Below, in pieces: positions 61,858 through 64,000 of a stretch of DNA of 64,000 bases. The position numbers and the translations under genes were made by a program. Numbering within the stretch: position 1 is the stretch's first letter; every line of letters begins with the position of its first letter. The notes under the pieces are model-generated. The model did not search any database. It was given only the letters and a program-made list of their open reading frames with translations, and was not told the DNA's origin. Source of the DNA: Hydrolagus colliei (taxonomy: Eukaryota); NCBI GenBank assembly GCA_035084275.1, contig CM068744.1, positions 53,568,001-53,632,000 of the forward strand. The letters run 5' to 3'.

Positions 61858-61915
61858 AAATCATCAAGTGCAGACAGCGATGAGAATGCAGGGGTCTGTC
61901 CAGTCACTGACCCTT
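61858..61915 (+). other. Candidate internal exon of an unidentified plus-strand transcript
   Basis: Branch-like TTCTAAT, pyrimidine tract, tttcag| acceptor, CTT|gtaagt donor; gene not recognised. Confidence 0.3.
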
Positions 61916-63510
61916 GTAAGTGTCCTGATCTGATTACAGAGCAGACACCAGATTATTTAATTACATGGGATCACGGTTGATATACTGTACCTTGTTTTAT
62001 TATTATTGCAAATAGCAATGAAAATTAGATTTTTTGTTCCTTTTGTTTCTAAATCTGTTCATTTCCAAGCTTTGAAAAGATAAATGGGCCATGAGGAGAA
62101 ATTACACTGATACAGTTAATTACATCACCTTTCTCCATGTAGTTGATTCTGTTTTAAGACACCAGTTAAGTATGCACTGATTTTGTCATAATGTCAGTTT
62201 TTTTTAACTACAATTGTACTGAGGTACAGTATAATAATAATAGCCAAGAATGCTTTCAAATCAAACTAAAATACGCAGGAAGAAACAATCAAACACTCCT
62301 GCCCCTGACCACTGTCTGCTGAAAATGAACGTTGATTGAGGGCAGTATCTTTTTATTCAAATAACATATTCATAATAATAATAGTCTTTGCATTTGTTAT
62401 AGCACCTTATCACAAGGTGATATAACAATAAGTGAAAAAAGATGACAAGATGATCTAGTGCTACATCAAATGCAAGGAATAATATTACAGTATTTGTAAT
62501 ACTCAGGGCTACAGTAGTGACGAATATTGAAAGCACACATGCAATATGCACACCTATACACACATACAAGAATAAATACGGATACATATATATTACCCCA
62601 TATACAGACTCACACATATACACACATTTTAGCACAGAAACACACATACACATAGAGCTAAACACATTTGGGGATAAATGCAGACACACAAATGCAGACA
62701 CACATGGATGTGATATACTGGAAAAGGTGAAAATATTTCACATGTATACTGAACTTTGAAAAAAAATCATTATGTGAATGCCTAAGTATAAATTGTTCTT
62801 AATTTATAACACATTTCCACAATTGATGCTTTTCACAATGGGAAGCCATTTGTGTTTGCTTAGCAAGGTTCCCTGCATTCTGCTTTAAACCTCAGGGTGT
62901 TTTATCATTAAGAAAAGGCAGAACCAATTTTTTGCTTGTTGAAAAGTGTTTCCTTTATAATTCCTTAAATTGAGGAGATTATTATCCAATTTATTTTTGA
63001 AAATGTTCCACACAACACAATTAGTCACGCAGAATACTATCCACTTAAAACAATGACAGAGAGTTACATTTATTATTCTTTTGATGATTAATGTTCACTG
63101 ATTCTAAAAGGTGTTTGCAGACTTTCCATATTAATCTCACTCATTAGTGCATTCAAGCCCCGCTTTACCTCTGGCAGTTTGTATTTTAAGAGGAGGGAGG
63201 AGGGAAGTTATAGTAGGGACAGGGAAGTACAATGCCAACTGTAGTTATTGTGAAATACTGTATAAGAATTCAAGGCTTAAAGTTTCATCTGTAAAATCAT
63301 TTAGTGTTAAAATGTAATATTTAGCAGGATTGTGTAAAATTCTTAAATTCAATCCGAATTTAGAAGCAGTTTTTCTGCAGTTCTTAAAAAAAAGATGGGT
63401 CTGCAGAGGTAAAGCTTTGGATTAATATTACCAGTGCCACCAGTGGAGACTTTCAATGAGCTGAAGGCGTTTGTGAAGGTAAGATGAACACAATAGGATG
63501 ATGATTTGTA

Positions 63511-63810
63511 GAGTCCAGTAGCTCAGTGGTTAGAGCACTCGCCTTGCAAGCGAGAGACCTGGGTTTGATTCCCGGCAGGCAAAACCTTGGCCAAGTTTCC
63601 TTACTCCACATAATAATAATAATAATCATCCCTGAAAAAAACAATAATAAATTGGTCAATTCAATCCACGACTGTTTGTGGGACATTGCTGTGCGCAATT
63701 TGCTGCCGCGTTTCACCCACAAATATGGTCAATTCACTTTACAGTATATTCTGTGAAGTGCTTTGAGATATCTAGAAGATGTGAAAAGCGGTATACCAAA
63801 TGCAAGGAAC
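63511..63810 (+). mobile_element. tRNA-derived SINE, full length
   Basis: Head TAGCTCAGTGGTTAGAGCACTCGCCTTGCAAGCGAGAGACCTGGGTTTGATTCC (TGC anticodon-like loop); extra tail near 63850-63905. Confidence 0.92.
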
Positions 63811-64000
63811 ACTATTTTTCTGATGTTCAAACATACTTTCAAACATACGTAGACGTATAGAAGATGTGAAAAATGCTATACCAAATGCAAGGAGTATTAT
63901 TATTACTCATATCCTCCATGTAATGGGGCCTGTACAAGGGAACATTTTATGACCATGCCTGCTTTCTTTCACATTGATAACTTGTTGGTGTCAAGTCTTG

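Noticed and set aside
63511-63585. tRNA-Ala(TGC)-like sequence (also at other SINE heads)
   Set aside because: It continues into the SINE body and tail and lacks a proper acceptor stem, so it is a SINE head rather than a tRNA gene.
45614-63860. Many 60-110 aa ORFs ending in KCKDYYYY or similar
   Set aside because: All are readings of the dominant SINE and its (TTA)n tail.

Overview
Vertebrate genomic DNA, AT-rich and repeat-dense. The SINE/LINE repertoire and a shark-type IgM fragment point to a cartilaginous fish, possibly a chimaera (inference). The one securely identified gene is CYB5R4 (NCB5OR) on the minus strand. Coding exons 1-11 lie at 22237->1526, all with GT-AG introns and consistent phases, and the remaining exons fall left of the window. 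Its CpG-rich promoter carries ETS, NRF1 and CCAAT motifs and is followed by a 20-bp minisatellite. Intron 4 holds a composite pseudogene: an immunoglobulin heavy-chain constant fragment (two C1-set domains joined without an intron) fused to the 3' half of a histone H2B sequence, next to a G-rich tract. About 5 kb upstream, on the plus strand, is a tandemly duplicated exon-intron module whose two copies differ mostly at third codon positions and encode a peptide resembling the C-terminal motif of Gypsy/DDI-type aspartic proteases. The rest is mainly a tRNA-derived SINE with an L2-type tail, older Deu-type SINEs, L2/CR1/RTE fragments, Penelope-like palindromes, and hAT and Tigger/pogo MITEs, several with readable TSDs. 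No intact RIPPLY2 (the usual upstream neighbour), true tRNA, rRNA or CRISPR array was found. Repeat boundaries are approximate unless TSDs are given.
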